Assembly (NCBI GenBank): GCA_031272245.1
Contig: JAISUE010000080.1
Location: 1 to 60,440, forward strand
Source: Bacteroidales bacterium
GTDB taxonomy: Bacteria; Bacteroidota; Bacteroidia; Bacteroidales; P3
DNA length: 60,440 nucleotides
Direction: 5' to 3'
Positions 45,188 to 55,857 of the stretch are shown in pieces. The notes beneath the pieces were generated by a model. It was not told the origin of the DNA. It did no database searches and worked only from the letters and a program-made list of their open reading frames with translations. The first letter of the stretch is position 1; each line of letters starts with the position of its first letter. A program made the position numbers and the translations under genes.

Positions 45188-46480
45188 ATGAATATTATTT
45201 TTTTACTCATAGGGTTAATTATAGGAGCGTTATCTGTATGGTTTATCAAGCCACAAAAGATTGGTGTGTCGCAAGAAGAGATAGATAAAAAATATGTGCC
45301 TCTTAACATTTATGAAGATGAAAGGGCTGAACGTCAGCGTGAACAGGCAATGGTTAGAGAGTTTAAAGCAAAACATTCTGTTGCTGAGGAAAAAGTATTA
45401 ACACTTAAAGCTGAAATAGAAAGTGTTCAAGCCACTTTTCGTAATGAATTTAAAAATCTTGCAAACGAATTGTTAGAAGAGAAGAGTAAAAAATTTACTG
45501 AACTGAATGAAAAAAATATAAGTACTATCCTTAATCCATTAAAAGAGAAAATAGAAAAATTTGAAAAAAAAGTAGAGGAAACTTATACCAATGACGCAAA
45601 AGATAAGGCAAGTTTGAAAAAAGAGTTGGAAATAATCCGTGAAATTAACAAACAAATGAGTGATGAGGCTCAAAAATTAACAAAAGCTCTCAAAGGCGAC
45701 AGCAAAACGCAGGGTGATTGGGGAGAAGTTCAGTTGGAAATGCTGTTAGAAAAAAGTGGTTTGCAAAGAGATATTCATTATGTAAAGCAAATGAGCTTAA
45801 AAAGTGAAGAGGGAAAAGACTTGCGCCCCGATTATGTTATAAATTTACCTGAAAACAGAAATTTTATTATTGACAGCAAGGTTTCTCTAACGGCTTATGA
45901 AAACTATTTCAATGCGGAAAACGAAGAAAAGAAATTATTGTACCTTAAAGAACATTTGAAAAGTATAAACAATCATATAAATGAGTTAAGTGCAAAGAAT
46001 TATCAAAGTCTTTATGGAGTTAATTCCATAGATTATGTTTTTCTTTTTGTTGCTATAGAACCTGCTCTTACAATAGCTCTTCAAAACGATATGGAATTGT
46101 TTGACCGTGCTATGAAGAAAAATGTAGTTCTTGTGTCGGCAACTACTCTTTTAGCGACAATGCGTACAGTTGCTTATATATGGAAACAGGACAATCAGAA
46201 CAAAAATGTACTTGATATAGCGTATGAAAGTGGTAAACTTTATGATAAATTTACTCTTTTTATAGACGATTTGATTAAAGTTGGTAAAAATATAGAGGCA
46301 ACACAAAATGAATACAAAGAAGCAATGAACAAGCTTACAACTTCATCGCGGAAAGGTGATACTATTGTTGGTAGAATAGAGCGAATAAAAACATTAGGGG
46401 CAAACACAACAAAAACTTTACCTCAAAAACTTTTGGATAAAATAGACGATAATGAGATATTTCCTGCATCTGAGTTATAA
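45188..46480 (+). CDS. rmuC: DNA recombination protein RmuC
   Basis: N-terminal TM helix, long coiled coil, and a C-terminal RmuC nuclease-like domain (GDWGEVQLEMLLE...RPDYVINLPENRNFIIDSKVSL...). Confidence 0.85.
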   Translation: MNIIFLLIGLIIGALSVWFIKPQKIGVSQEEIDKKYVPLNIYEDERAERQREQAMVREFKAKHSVAEEKVLTLKAEIESVQATFRNEFKNLANELLEEKSKKFTELNEKNISTILNPLKEKIEKFEKKVEETYTNDAKDKASLKKELEIIREINKQMSDEAQKLTKALKGDSKTQGDWGEVQLEMLLEKSGLQRDIHYVKQMSLKSEEGKDLRPDYVINLPENRNFIIDSKVSLTAYENYFNAENEEKKLLYLKEHLKSINNHINELSAKNYQSLYGVNSIDYVFLFVAIEPALTIALQNDMELFDRAMKKNVVLVSATTLLATMRTVAYIWKQDNQNKNVLDIAYESGKLYDKFTLFIDDLIKVGKNIEATQNEYKEAMNKLTTSSRKGDTIVGRIERIKTLGANTTKTLPQKLLDKIDDNEIFPASEL

Positions 46481-47210
46481 TGGAACAGGTTTTTTCGGTT
46501 GGCAAGAGCAACATAAACATGATAATTGTCCAACAATAGAGGAAACTATTGAGCATGCAATGAGTCTTATTCTTGCTTGCAATATAGATATTATTGGTTG
46601 TGGTAGAACAGATACAGGAGTAAATGCAAGAGAATTTTATGCTCATTTTGATTATGAAGAAATGACAGCGGAACAAAGAAAAAATCTTGTATTGCGTCTT
46701 AATGCTTTTCTTTCTTATGAAATAAGGATTTTTGATATTATTCCTGTGCAGCCGCAAGCAAATGCACGTTTTGATGCAATTAGCAGAACATATAAATATT
46801 ATGTTTCAAATGTTAAGCAACCTTTTGATAATGATTTTTGTTTGTTTTATTCTTATAAATTGAATATGGATGCGATGAATGAGGCAGCAGCAGGGATGTT
46901 AAATTATACTGACTTTACAAGTTTTTCAAAAACAAAAACGCAAACTAAAACAAATAACTGTATAATTTCAGAAGCTTTTTGGCAAATGGAAAGAGAAAAA
47001 TTAGTTTTTACTATAACAGCAAATCGCTTTCTTCGTAATATGGTCAGAGCTATTGTTGGAACTCTATTAGAAGTAGGACGTGGAAAGTTGTCTGTAGCAG
47101 ATTTTTCAAATGTAATAGAGAAAAAACAGCGTTCAGCAGCTTCAACATCTGTTAAAGGTAGTGCATTATTTCTTGAAAAGGTAACATATCCAAAGTCTGT
47201 TTTTCTTTAA
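46452..47210 (+). CDS. truA: tRNA pseudouridine(38-40) synthase
   Basis: MRYFLHLSYNGTGFFGWQ and GCGRTDTGVNA (catalytic Asp). Overlaps the rmuC 3' end by 29 nt. Confidence 0.9.
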   Translation: MRYFLHLSYNGTGFFGWQEQHKHDNCPTIEETIEHAMSLILACNIDIIGCGRTDTGVNAREFYAHFDYEEMTAEQRKNLVLRLNAFLSYEIRIFDIIPVQPQANARFDAISRTYKYYVSNVKQPFDNDFCLFYSYKLNMDAMNEAAAGMLNYTDFTSFSKTKTQTKTNNCIISEAFWQMEREKLVFTITANRFLRNMVRAIVGTLLEVGRGKLSVADFSNVIEKKQRSAASTSVKGSALFLEKVTYPKSVFL

Positions 47211-47230
47211 ACTGTATCTTTTTGAGCAGC

Positions 47231-48214
47231 CTATAACCATTTTTCTTTTTTATACCATGTAATAGCTTCCAGAACTCCTTCTTTTAAAAAGTATTTAGGT
47301 TGAAAATTTATGTCGTTTTGAAGGTCTGATATATCACAATCCCAATTACGCGCCTTTAATATATTGTATTTATCTTTATTAAGAGTAAAAGCTTTGCCTG
47401 TAATTTTGCTTATGCAATCTAAAATGAAGACAATTCCCCGTACAATAAAGAGAGGAAATTTTATTTTTAAAGTCCAAGTGTTAAGTATTTGTTTTGTTAT
47501 GTTTGCAAATTCATAATCCATATATAATTTTCCATCCGAAACAAAATATGTTTTACCGGATATATTGCTTTCAAAACAACAAATACATACATTTGCAAGA
47601 TCTTTGCCATGAATAAATGTTAAACGTTGTGGAGTAAAACCAAGATATGGTTCAAGATGACGGTTTATTGTTTGAAAAAATACAAAATAATCAGTTTCTC
47701 GTGAGCCATAAACACCTGTAGGGCGCAAAATGATATACTCACCCTTAAAATTAGCATTTATGTATTGTTCTGCTTTCCACTTGCTTTTACCATATTCAGT
47801 ATTTGGTTTGCATATATCGGAAACTCTGGCTGGTTCATTTGTGGTTTCATCTGCTGGTCCGTGAGCAGCAAAAGAGGAAGTGAATATAAGTTTTGCCTTC
47901 AAACCTTCAAGAGCGTCAACAAGAGCTTTAGTGTTGCAGTAATTTGCAATATCAAATTCCCCTGTTTTTTTTTGCTTTGTTGCCCCAGCAATATGAAATA
48001 CTGCATCAAAATCATTTAATTTCAACAATTCTTTAAGTGATTGAGAATTATTGTATGGCAATTCAATGAATTTAATTCTTTTATTTTGCAAATACTTTTT
48101 ATTGCTTGTTTTTCTAATAGCGGCAAACACTTCATAATTTCCATTTTCAAGTAAACTATCTACTAAATGACTGCCAACAAATCCACTCGCTCCTGTTACT
48201 AATGCTTTTTTCAT
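47231..48214 (-). CDS. NAD-dependent epimerase/dehydratase (SDR family)
   Basis: TGASGFVGSHL Rossmann motif and a YxxxK site (YGKSK). Confidence 0.8.
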   Translation of the reverse strand: MKKALVTGASGFVGSHLVDSLLENGNYEVFAAIRKTSNKKYLQNKRIKFIELPYNNSQSLKELLKLNDFDAVFHIAGATKQKKTGEFDIANYCNTKALVDALEGLKAKLIFTSSFAAHGPADETTNEPARVSDICKPNTEYGKSKWKAEQYINANFKGEYIILRPTGVYGSRETDYFVFFQTINRHLEPYLGFTPQRLTFIHGKDLANVCICCFESNISGKTYFVSDGKLYMDYEFANITKQILNTWTLKIKFPLFIVRGIVFILDCISKITGKAFTLNKDKYNILKARNWDCDISDLQNDINFQPKYFLKEGVLEAITWYKKEKWL

Positions 48215-48246
48215 ATTTTTTTAATTTGACTACTATGTTTGGTAAT

Positions 48247-50214
48247 TTATTTTCCTAAAGAACGGATATTTTTAATTAGTATATTAAAATCTTTTTCTAT
48301 GCTGTAATTACGGGCATAAAGCAAATTTAATCTGTGAATTGTTTGTTTGTCAATCGCTATTCCTGTTATAAAATCTCCTGTTGTGAGAATAGACGGTTTA
48401 ATTTTGGGTAAATCGTTTTCTTCATTGCCACTGCTACCATATCCAACAAATGTTTTCCTTGCAAAAAGAACAAGTACACAATTCTTTATAAAATGTAATG
48501 GACGTTTTACTATAAAAATAAATATTGGAGAAAACATCAAAAGAAATAGAGAACAAAAAATATCAAAAAGTCGTTTTTTCCTGCGATTGTCTTCCTGTGT
48601 TATGCTGTTTAATGTTATTGTGTAAAGGTCAATAGGGGTGTTTATTTGATTTGAAGATATAATTAAGTCCATGTTTTCAGGTGCTATAGTGTAATGAACA
48701 TTTGTTTTAACAAGTATTCCCATAAGATTCATTATTTGTGTTTGAGACAAACTTTTAGCACAAAAGATAATTTCGTTAATGGAATATATACGTATCATAT
48801 CTTTAATAGGTGAATAATAATTTTCAACTATATCTGTTATATTTGCTAAATGAATAAATTCAGGTTGTAATTCGGTTTTTCTTAAAAATTCTGCAACACG
48901 AACAGCTTCATTTTTTTCTCCAATGATAAGATACCTACTTGTTTGCTTATCTCCAAAAGAAAATTTACCTGTTGTTATTTTTCTTACAAGAAGACGAGAG
49001 CCAATAACAACAGATAAAGTCATTACTGATCCCATAAGGATTAAAGCACGAGAATATCTTAATGATGCAGGCAAAAGAGAATAAAACACAAGTAATGTTA
49101 ACATTCCAAAAAATACACCGCTTGTAATTTTAGTTACTTTTGCTGTTTTAGAATATCCGCCGTAAATATAGACAAAACCGAGTATTACTATTATATAACA
49201 TGGAATAACATATATTGAATAAGAGATTTCGTAAAAATTGGCATTGTGCCAAAGAGTAATTGCCCAATAGTGTTTAAGTATAAGAAAGCATATATAAGAT
49301 AAAGTAAAATCTAAAATAGGTTGAAAAGCTGAATTGAAAATACGTATAATGAAATCAAGTGAGGCTCGTAACCATATAGCAAGTGTGATAATAAAGGAAA
49401 ACAAACGACTTTGTTTGTGAGAAAAATGTTTTTGAGCAAAAATCTGCATTGCATTATAAAAAGTATAAACATAATTAAGGCTGCTTTTTTTTGTAGATTC
49501 CCCTTTATAGTGAATAATTTGTGTATTTGGGAAAAAATAATTTTTATATCCTGCTTTTGTTATTCGGTAAGAAAGGTCTATATCTTCTCCATACATAAAA
49601 TAATCTTCATCTAAAAGCCCTGTTTTTTTTAAACATTCACGCTTTAACATCATAAAAGCACCTGCTAAAACTTCTACTTCATTTATCTTGTCATAAGACA
49701 GATTTCCCATATAATATCCTGCGTATTTGCGTGAATGAGGAAAAAGTTTAATCAATCCTGAAAGTTTGCAAAAAGAAACCCATGGAGTAGGAAATCCTCT
49801 TTTACTTTCTTTTAATATTTTGCCTTCACCATCTATCATTTTTACTCCTAAACCTCCACAATCTTCTGTTTTATCCATAAAAGAAATACATTTTGCAAAT
49901 GTTTCTTCTTCAACAATAGTATCTGGATTTAATAACAATACATATTCTCCTGTAGATTGTTTGATTGCTTGATTGTTTGCCTTTGAAAAACCAACATTAT
50001 GTTTGTTTTCTATTAAAATAACATCAGGGTATTTAGACTTAATCATCTCAACAGAATTATCTACGGAGTTGTTATCTACAACAAATATTTCAGATTTATC
50101 AGTAAGATTAAAAGAATTTTCTCCTGTATTTTTCAATGCTTTATAAACAGAAGCAAGGCATTGATCCAGAAAATAGACTACGTTATAATTAACAATTATT
50201 ATTGAAAGTTTCAT
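48247..50214 (-). CDS. family-2 glycosyltransferase fused to a multi-TM region and a degenerate sugar-phosphotransferase (Bac_transf)-like C-terminus
   Basis: The N-terminus carries LSIIIVNYN, VVDNNSVDNS and FFMYGEDIDLSYR. About 6 TM helices span roughly aa 270-415. The C-terminus has RYLIIGEKNEAV... and RKKRLFDIFCSLFLLMFSPIFIFIV, but no visible central catalytic block. Confidence 0.7.
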   Translation of the reverse strand: MKLSIIIVNYNVVYFLDQCLASVYKALKNTGENSFNLTDKSEIFVVDNNSVDNSVEMIKSKYPDVILIENKHNVGFSKANNQAIKQSTGEYVLLLNPDTIVEEETFAKCISFMDKTEDCGGLGVKMIDGEGKILKESKRGFPTPWVSFCKLSGLIKLFPHSRKYAGYYMGNLSYDKINEVEVLAGAFMMLKRECLKKTGLLDEDYFMYGEDIDLSYRITKAGYKNYFFPNTQIIHYKGESTKKSSLNYVYTFYNAMQIFAQKHFSHKQSRLFSFIITLAIWLRASLDFIIRIFNSAFQPILDFTLSYICFLILKHYWAITLWHNANFYEISYSIYVIPCYIIVILGFVYIYGGYSKTAKVTKITSGVFFGMLTLLVFYSLLPASLRYSRALILMGSVMTLSVVIGSRLLVRKITTGKFSFGDKQTSRYLIIGEKNEAVRVAEFLRKTELQPEFIHLANITDIVENYYSPIKDMIRIYSINEIIFCAKSLSQTQIMNLMGILVKTNVHYTIAPENMDLIISSNQINTPIDLYTITLNSITQEDNRRKKRLFDIFCSLFLLMFSPIFIFIVKRPLHFIKNCVLVLFARKTFVGYGSSGNEENDLPKIKPSILTTGDFITGIAIDKQTIHRLNLLYARNYSIEKDFNILIKNIRSLGK

Positions 50215-50236
50215 TATTTGTTTGTATAACAGAAAT

Positions 50237-51196
50237 CTAATATGAAATTTTTTTGCTAATAAGATATGTATTGCGTGTAGAACTATTTCTGCCTATCATT
50301 TCAGTAATAAAACCGGCAAGAAACATTTGACAGCCAATAATCATAGCTGTAAGTGCAATATAGAAATAAGGACTGTTAGTGATAAGCCTCATAGAATTGC
50401 CTTCACAAATGGCAATAATTTTTTGTATTCCCATAACAATAGCTAAAGCAATACCTATAATAAACATTATACTGCCCCACAAGCCAAAGAAGTGCATAGG
50501 TTTTTTTCCAAAACGTAAAATAAAAATTATACTCATTAAATCTAAATAACCGTGAACAAAACGATTCATTCCAAATTTACTTTCTCCAAATTCTCGCTTT
50601 CTGTGTTGTACTACTTTTTCGCCAATATTTGTGAATCCCGCTCCTTTTGCTATAACAGGAATATAACGATGCATTTCACCGTAGATTTCAATAGATTTTA
50701 CAACATCATTTCGGTATGCTTTCAGACCACAGTTGAAATCGTGCAGTTTTATGCCAGAAATAGCTCGTGTTGTTGCGTTATATATTTTGGAAGGAATATT
50801 TTTCATAAGTTTAGAGTCGTAACGTTTCTTTTTCCAACCGCTAACTAAATCGTAGTTTTGCTCTTTTATCATTTTGAATAGTTCAGGAATTTCATCCGGA
50901 CTATCTTGTAAATCTGCATCCATAGTAATAACAACATCTCCTTTTGCGTGTTCAAAACCTACATTTAATGCTGCCGATTTACCATAATTGCGTGCAAATT
51001 TAATTCCTTTTATATACTCTGGAAATTTATTAGCAGCTTCTTCGATAAACAGCCACGATTTATCTTTACTCCCATCATCAATAAACAAAACTTCGTAAGA
51101 AAATTCGTTTTCAATCATTACCTTTTGAATCCATGAAAGCAGTTTTGGTAATGACTCTTCTTCATTATATAAAGGTATTACAATGCTAATATCCAT
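50237..51196 (-). CDS. polyprenol-phosphate glycosyltransferase (GT2, GtrB/ArnC/Dpm1-like)
   Basis: MDISIVIPLYNEEESL, DDGSKD, DADLQD and two C-terminal TM helices. I start it at the ATG at 51196. The track's 51220 start is a TTG that overlaps the -7 box. Confidence 0.8.
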   Translation of the reverse strand: MDISIVIPLYNEEESLPKLLSWIQKVMIENEFSYEVLFIDDGSKDKSWLFIEEAANKFPEYIKGIKFARNYGKSAALNVGFEHAKGDVVITMDADLQDSPDEIPELFKMIKEQNYDLVSGWKKKRYDSKLMKNIPSKIYNATTRAISGIKLHDFNCGLKAYRNDVVKSIEIYGEMHRYIPVIAKGAGFTNIGEKVVQHRKREFGESKFGMNRFVHGYLDLMSIIFILRFGKKPMHFFGLWGSIMFIIGIALAIVMGIQKIIAICEGNSMRLITNSPYFYIALTAMIIGCQMFLAGFITEMIGRNSSTRNTYLISKKISY

Positions 51197-51217
51197 AATT
51201 TTATTATTTAAGATATG

Positions 51218-51225
51218 CAAAAATA
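51218..51225 (-). promoter_or_regulatory. -7 box TATTTTTG (minus strand)
   Basis: CAAAAATA on the + strand, 22 nt upstream of the ATG at 51196. Confidence 0.5.
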
Positions 51226-51354
51226 AAGAAAAATTTTGAAATATTTCCTTATTTTGAGATAAACTTTCGGTAATAAATAACGTGTTGATAATGCAAAAAA
51301 AAATAATATTTACTAATATTATTATGTGTTTATTTTTTAATGTTCAAATTTTTG

Positions 51355-51362
51355 TAAATTTG
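51355..51362 (+). promoter_or_regulatory. -7 box TAAATTTG
   Basis: Exact TAnnTTTG match 69 nt upstream of the lemA ATG. Confidence 0.45.
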
Positions 51363-51430
51363 CAATCGTTAAATAAGATAAAGAAGTATATTCAAATAGT
51401 CTTATATATTTATCATTAAAAATATAATTT

Positions 51431-52021
51431 ATGTCAAAAAAAACAATTAGCATTATCATCGTAATTGGAGTTATTTCCCTCGTAGTTTTTTGGTCAGTGA
51501 GTAAATATAATAATTTAATACGCAAAGATGAAACGTGTAATAAACAATGGGCTGTAGTAGAGAGTCAATATCAACGCCGTTTAGATTTAATACCTAATTT
51601 AGTTAATGTGGTTAAAGGATATGCAAAGCATGAACAGGAGACTTTTACCGAAGTTATTAAAGCAAGAAATCAAGCTGCACATGTTAAAATAAATCCAAAC
51701 AATGTTACTCAAGAAAATATTAATGAATTGCAGACAACACAAGATAACTTAACATCAGCGTTGCAAAAATTTAATTTAGTTGTTGAACGTTACCCAGAAT
51801 TGAAAGCAAATGAAAATTTTATTGAATTGCAATCACAATTAGAGGGAACAGAGAATAGAATAGCCGTAGAACGTCAGCGTTTTTCTGAAGTTGTTGGAGA
51901 TTTCAATGCTTCAATACGTCGTTTTCCCACAAACATTGTTGCTAATCTTTTTGGTTTTGAACGTAAAGTTTATTTTGAAGCACAAAAAGGAGCAGAAAAT
52001 GCTCCAAAAGTTGAATTTTAA
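51431..52021 (+). CDS. lemA: LemA family protein
   Basis: N-terminal TM helix, YNNLIRKDE..W..VESQYQRR.DLIPNLV and QLEGTENRIAVERQRF. Confidence 0.85.
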   Translation: MSKKTISIIIVIGVISLVVFWSVSKYNNLIRKDETCNKQWAVVESQYQRRLDLIPNLVNVVKGYAKHEQETFTEVIKARNQAAHVKINPNNVTQENINELQTTQDNLTSALQKFNLVVERYPELKANENFIELQSQLEGTENRIAVERQRFSEVVGDFNASIRRFPTNIVANLFGFERKVYFEAQKGAENAPKVEF

Positions 52022-52043
52022 TTCTAAAAAACTGAAAATTATT

Positions 52044-52703
52044 ATGCGAAATTTTCTTTTATCCCCATCATTGTTAAGTTGTGATTTTACAAATCTTGAA
52101 AGAGAAATACAAATGCTAAATAATTCTGTTGCAGACTGGTTGCATTTGGATATTATGGATGGGGTTTTTGTTCCAAATATTACTTTTGGACAACCAGTAA
52201 TAAAACAAATAAAGAAACATTCTCTTAAACCGCTTGATGTTCATTTAATGATTACTGACCCTGATCGCTATTTTGATGATTTCAAAAACTGCGGAGCAGA
52301 TATTTTAAGTGTTCATTATGAAGCATGTACACATTTGCATCGTTCTGTTACAAGAATAAAAGAATTGGGAATGAAAGCTGCTGTTGTTTTAAATCCCCAT
52401 ACTCCTATTGCCAATTTGGAAGATATTATTAAAGAATGTTATATGATATTATTAATGAGTGTGAATCCGGGTTTCGGCGGACAGAAATTTATAGAAAATT
52501 CTCTTATCAAAATTGCAAAACTTAGAGAGATGATTGATAAACACAATGCACAATGTCTGATAGAAGTAGATGGGGGGGTAACTTTAGATAATTATTGTAA
52601 AATTGTTGAAGCCGGAGCAGATGTTCTTGTTGCAGGTAATGCAATTTTTGCAACAGATAATCCGTTGGAAACAATAAAAAAATTCAAAAAACCTTTATTT
52701 TAA
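52044..52703 (+). CDS. rpe: ribulose-phosphate 3-epimerase
   Basis: SPSLLSCDF, LHLDIMDGVFVPNITFG, MSVNPGFGGQKF, VDGGV. I start it at the ATG at 52044. The track's longer 51891 start overlaps lemA. Confidence 0.9.
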   Translation: MRNFLLSPSLLSCDFTNLEREIQMLNNSVADWLHLDIMDGVFVPNITFGQPVIKQIKKHSLKPLDVHLMITDPDRYFDDFKNCGADILSVHYEACTHLHRSVTRIKELGMKAAVVLNPHTPIANLEDIIKECYMILLMSVNPGFGGQKFIENSLIKIAKLREMIDKHNAQCLIEVDGGVTLDNYCKIVEAGADVLVAGNAIFATDNPLETIKKFKKPLF

Positions 52704-53374
52704 CTCAAACTTTTTTCTAATTGCTCAATAGTTAAAGCATTTTCAATTTTAAATTTTCCTATTCTTGTGCGACAAAGAGAAGAAAGATATGCTCCGCTAT
52801 CTAATCTTTTTCCAAAATCTCTTGCTATTGAACGAATATAAGTTCCCTTACTGCAAACGATACGAAAATCTACAAGCGGCAAATTTATTTTTGTTATATT
52901 AAATTCGGCTATTGTTATGCGTTTAGCCTTTAATTCTACGTTATTTTTTGCTCTCGCTAACGCATAAGCACGTTTTCCATTTATTTTAATTGCTGAAAAA
53001 ACAGGAGGTATTTGTTCTTGTTCTCCTGTCATTTGTTGTGCAAGAGTATAAATATGTTTTTCAGTTATATGTTCAAAAGGAAAAGTTTTATCTATTGGTT
53101 TTTCTCTGTCATAACTTGGAGTTGTTGCTCCGAGCGTAAAAGTCCCTGTATATTCTTTTTCTTCTGCCTGAAACTGTTCTATTTGTTTTGTGAATTTTCC
53201 AACACAAACAATCAATAATCCAGTAGCTAATGGATCTAATGTTCCTGCATGTCCTATCTTTAGCTTTTTAATATGGTAATGATTGCAAAGAATATGCTTA
53301 ATTTTTCCTATAACCTGAAATGAAGTCCAAGTATAAGGCTTGTCAATTAGAATAAAATCTCCGTCAATATTCAT
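52700..53374 (-). CDS. truB: tRNA pseudouridine(55) synthase
   Basis: [14 protein letters not shown] (catalytic Asp) and GTYIRS. Confidence 0.9.
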   Translation of the reverse strand: MNIDGDFILIDKPYTWTSFQVIGKIKHILCNHYHIKKLKIGHAGTLDPLATGLLIVCVGKFTKQIEQFQAEEKEYTGTFTLGATTPSYDREKPIDKTFPFEHITEKHIYTLAQQMTGEQEQIPPVFSAIKINGKRAYALARAKNNVELKAKRITIAEFNITKINLPLVDFRIVCSKGTYIRSIARDFGKRLDSGAYLSSLCRTRIGKFKIENALTIEQLEKSLS

Positions 53375-53383
53375 ATTATATTT

Positions 53384-54178
53384 TTATGCAACTGAAAGAT
53401 TTATTCCGCAAAGCATAAGTATAATTATTGCGGCACCTGCAATTATCCTGTAATAACCAAAAGTCTTAAAACCATATTTAGTAAGAAATGTAATGAAGAA
53501 CTTTATTGCAAGTATCGCTATAATAAAAGCAACAATATTTCCTATTATGAGAGTGTTTAAGTTGTTTAAAAGTAATTTTTGTCCCCCTTCTTCTGTAAAT
53601 ACTTTTAAAAGTTTATAACCGGAGGCTGCAAGCATTGTAGGGACAGCTAAAAAAAATGAGAATTCTGCTGCTGTTTTTCTTGTAAGCTTTTGAGCCATGC
53701 CTCCAACTATTGTTGCCATTGACCGCGAAACACCAGGTATCATTGCTGCACATTGAGCTAAACCAATGAAAAAACTTTTCTTATATGTTATTGTTTGGTC
53801 ACTTTCTGTTTTTGAAAACCATTTATCTACAAAAAGCATAAAAACACCGCCAAATATTAACATAATTGCAACTACCCAAACATTTTCCAAAACCATATCA
53901 ATATAATCTCCTGCAAAAAAACCAATGACAGCTGCAGGTATAAATGCAATAAAAAGTTTCCAGTAAAAAACTATTGACTGAAAAAAACGCTTAGCATAAA
54001 TAACAAGAACAGAAAGAATTGCTCCGAATTGTATGCAGACAGTGAATAATTTCACAAATTCATCGCTGTGAATACCAAGAATTCCTTCGGCAATTATCAT
54101 ATGTCCTGTTGAAGATACAGGTAAAAATTCTGTTAAACCTTCAACAATAGCGATAATTATCGTTTCTAATAAAGTCAT
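53384..54178 (-). CDS. uppP: undecaprenyl-diphosphate phosphatase
   Basis: [14 protein letters not shown] and PGVSRS motifs. 8 TM helices. Confidence 0.9.
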   Translation of the reverse strand: MTLLETIIIAIVEGLTEFLPVSSTGHMIIAEGILGIHSDEFVKLFTVCIQFGAILSVLVIYAKRFFQSIVFYWKLFIAFIPAAVIGFFAGDYIDMVLENVWVVAIMLIFGGVFMLFVDKWFSKTESDQTITYKKSFFIGLAQCAAMIPGVSRSMATIVGGMAQKLTRKTAAEFSFFLAVPTMLAASGYKLLKVFTEEGGQKLLLNNLNTLIIGNIVAFIIAILAIKFFITFLTKYGFKTFGYYRIIAGAAIIILMLCGINLSVA

Positions 54179-54478
54179 TTATTCTTCGTTTTTCTTTGTT
54201 TTCTTTAAAATGGCATATATTTCTATCACAAAACCTGCAACTATGAGTACAGGAGAAAGTACAAGACGCCGAAAATTGAACAGGTCTTCATTAAAAATAT
54301 CAGGATTATCACTGCCTCCTCCCGTCAAAAGTACATAACCAATGATGATGAAAACTATTCCAACGAGCATTATTATGTAATTAGTCCTTTCAAAAGCAAA
54401 ATTAAATACAGGTTTTGCATTCATTTTTAATGTGGAATTTTTATTTCCAGTTTGTTTGGTTGAGTTTTTTTTATTCAT
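54179..54478 (-). CDS. DUF3098-like small membrane protein
   Basis: 99 aa with two TM helices. Conserved position immediately upstream of uppP in Bacteroidota. Confidence 0.6.
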   Translation of the reverse strand: MNKKNSTKQTGNKNSTLKMNAKPVFNFAFERTNYIIMLVGIVFIIIGYVLLTGGGSDNPDIFNEDLFNFRRLVLSPVLIVAGFVIEIYAILKKTKKNEE

Positions 54479-54537
54479 TATAATTTACATTTAATAATTT
54501 TTACTTGTTTTAAATGTTAATTTCTTGATTAACGTTG

Positions 54538-54545
54538 CAAAAATA
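54538..54545 (-). promoter_or_regulatory. -7 box TATTTTTG (minus strand)
   Basis: CAAAAATA on the + strand, 60 nt upstream of the ATG at 54478. Confidence 0.45.
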
Positions 54546-54711
54546 CAAATAATTTAGAAATACCTTAAATATTATGGTTGTAAAAAATTTATGTGATTCA
54601 AGAAAAATAAATTTGCGTATTTGGATAATCATTTATAAGTTTATTTTGTAATAGATATTTCCTTATTTTACTATAAAAATGGTTAAAATCAGTAAAATGA
54701 AAAACTTTTAG

Positions 54712-55764
<1,053 letters not shown>

Positions 55765-55797
55765 TTAAAAACTTTTCTACAGAAATAATAAATAAGA

Positions 55798-55833
55798 AAG
55801 AGCCTGATAATTTATCATCAGGCTCTTATTTTT
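55798..55833 (+). terminator. rho-independent terminator of gap
   Basis: 11-bp stem AAGAGCCTGAT / ATCAGGCTCTT followed by ATTTTT. Confidence 0.8.
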
Positions 55834-55857
55834 ACCATTGTTAATCAAGAAATTTAT

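Noticed and set aside
51891-52043. N-terminal extension of rpe given in the ORF track (start 51891)
   Set aside because: It overlaps the lemA 3' end in another frame. Rpe homology begins at MRNFLLSPSLLSCDF (ATG 52044).
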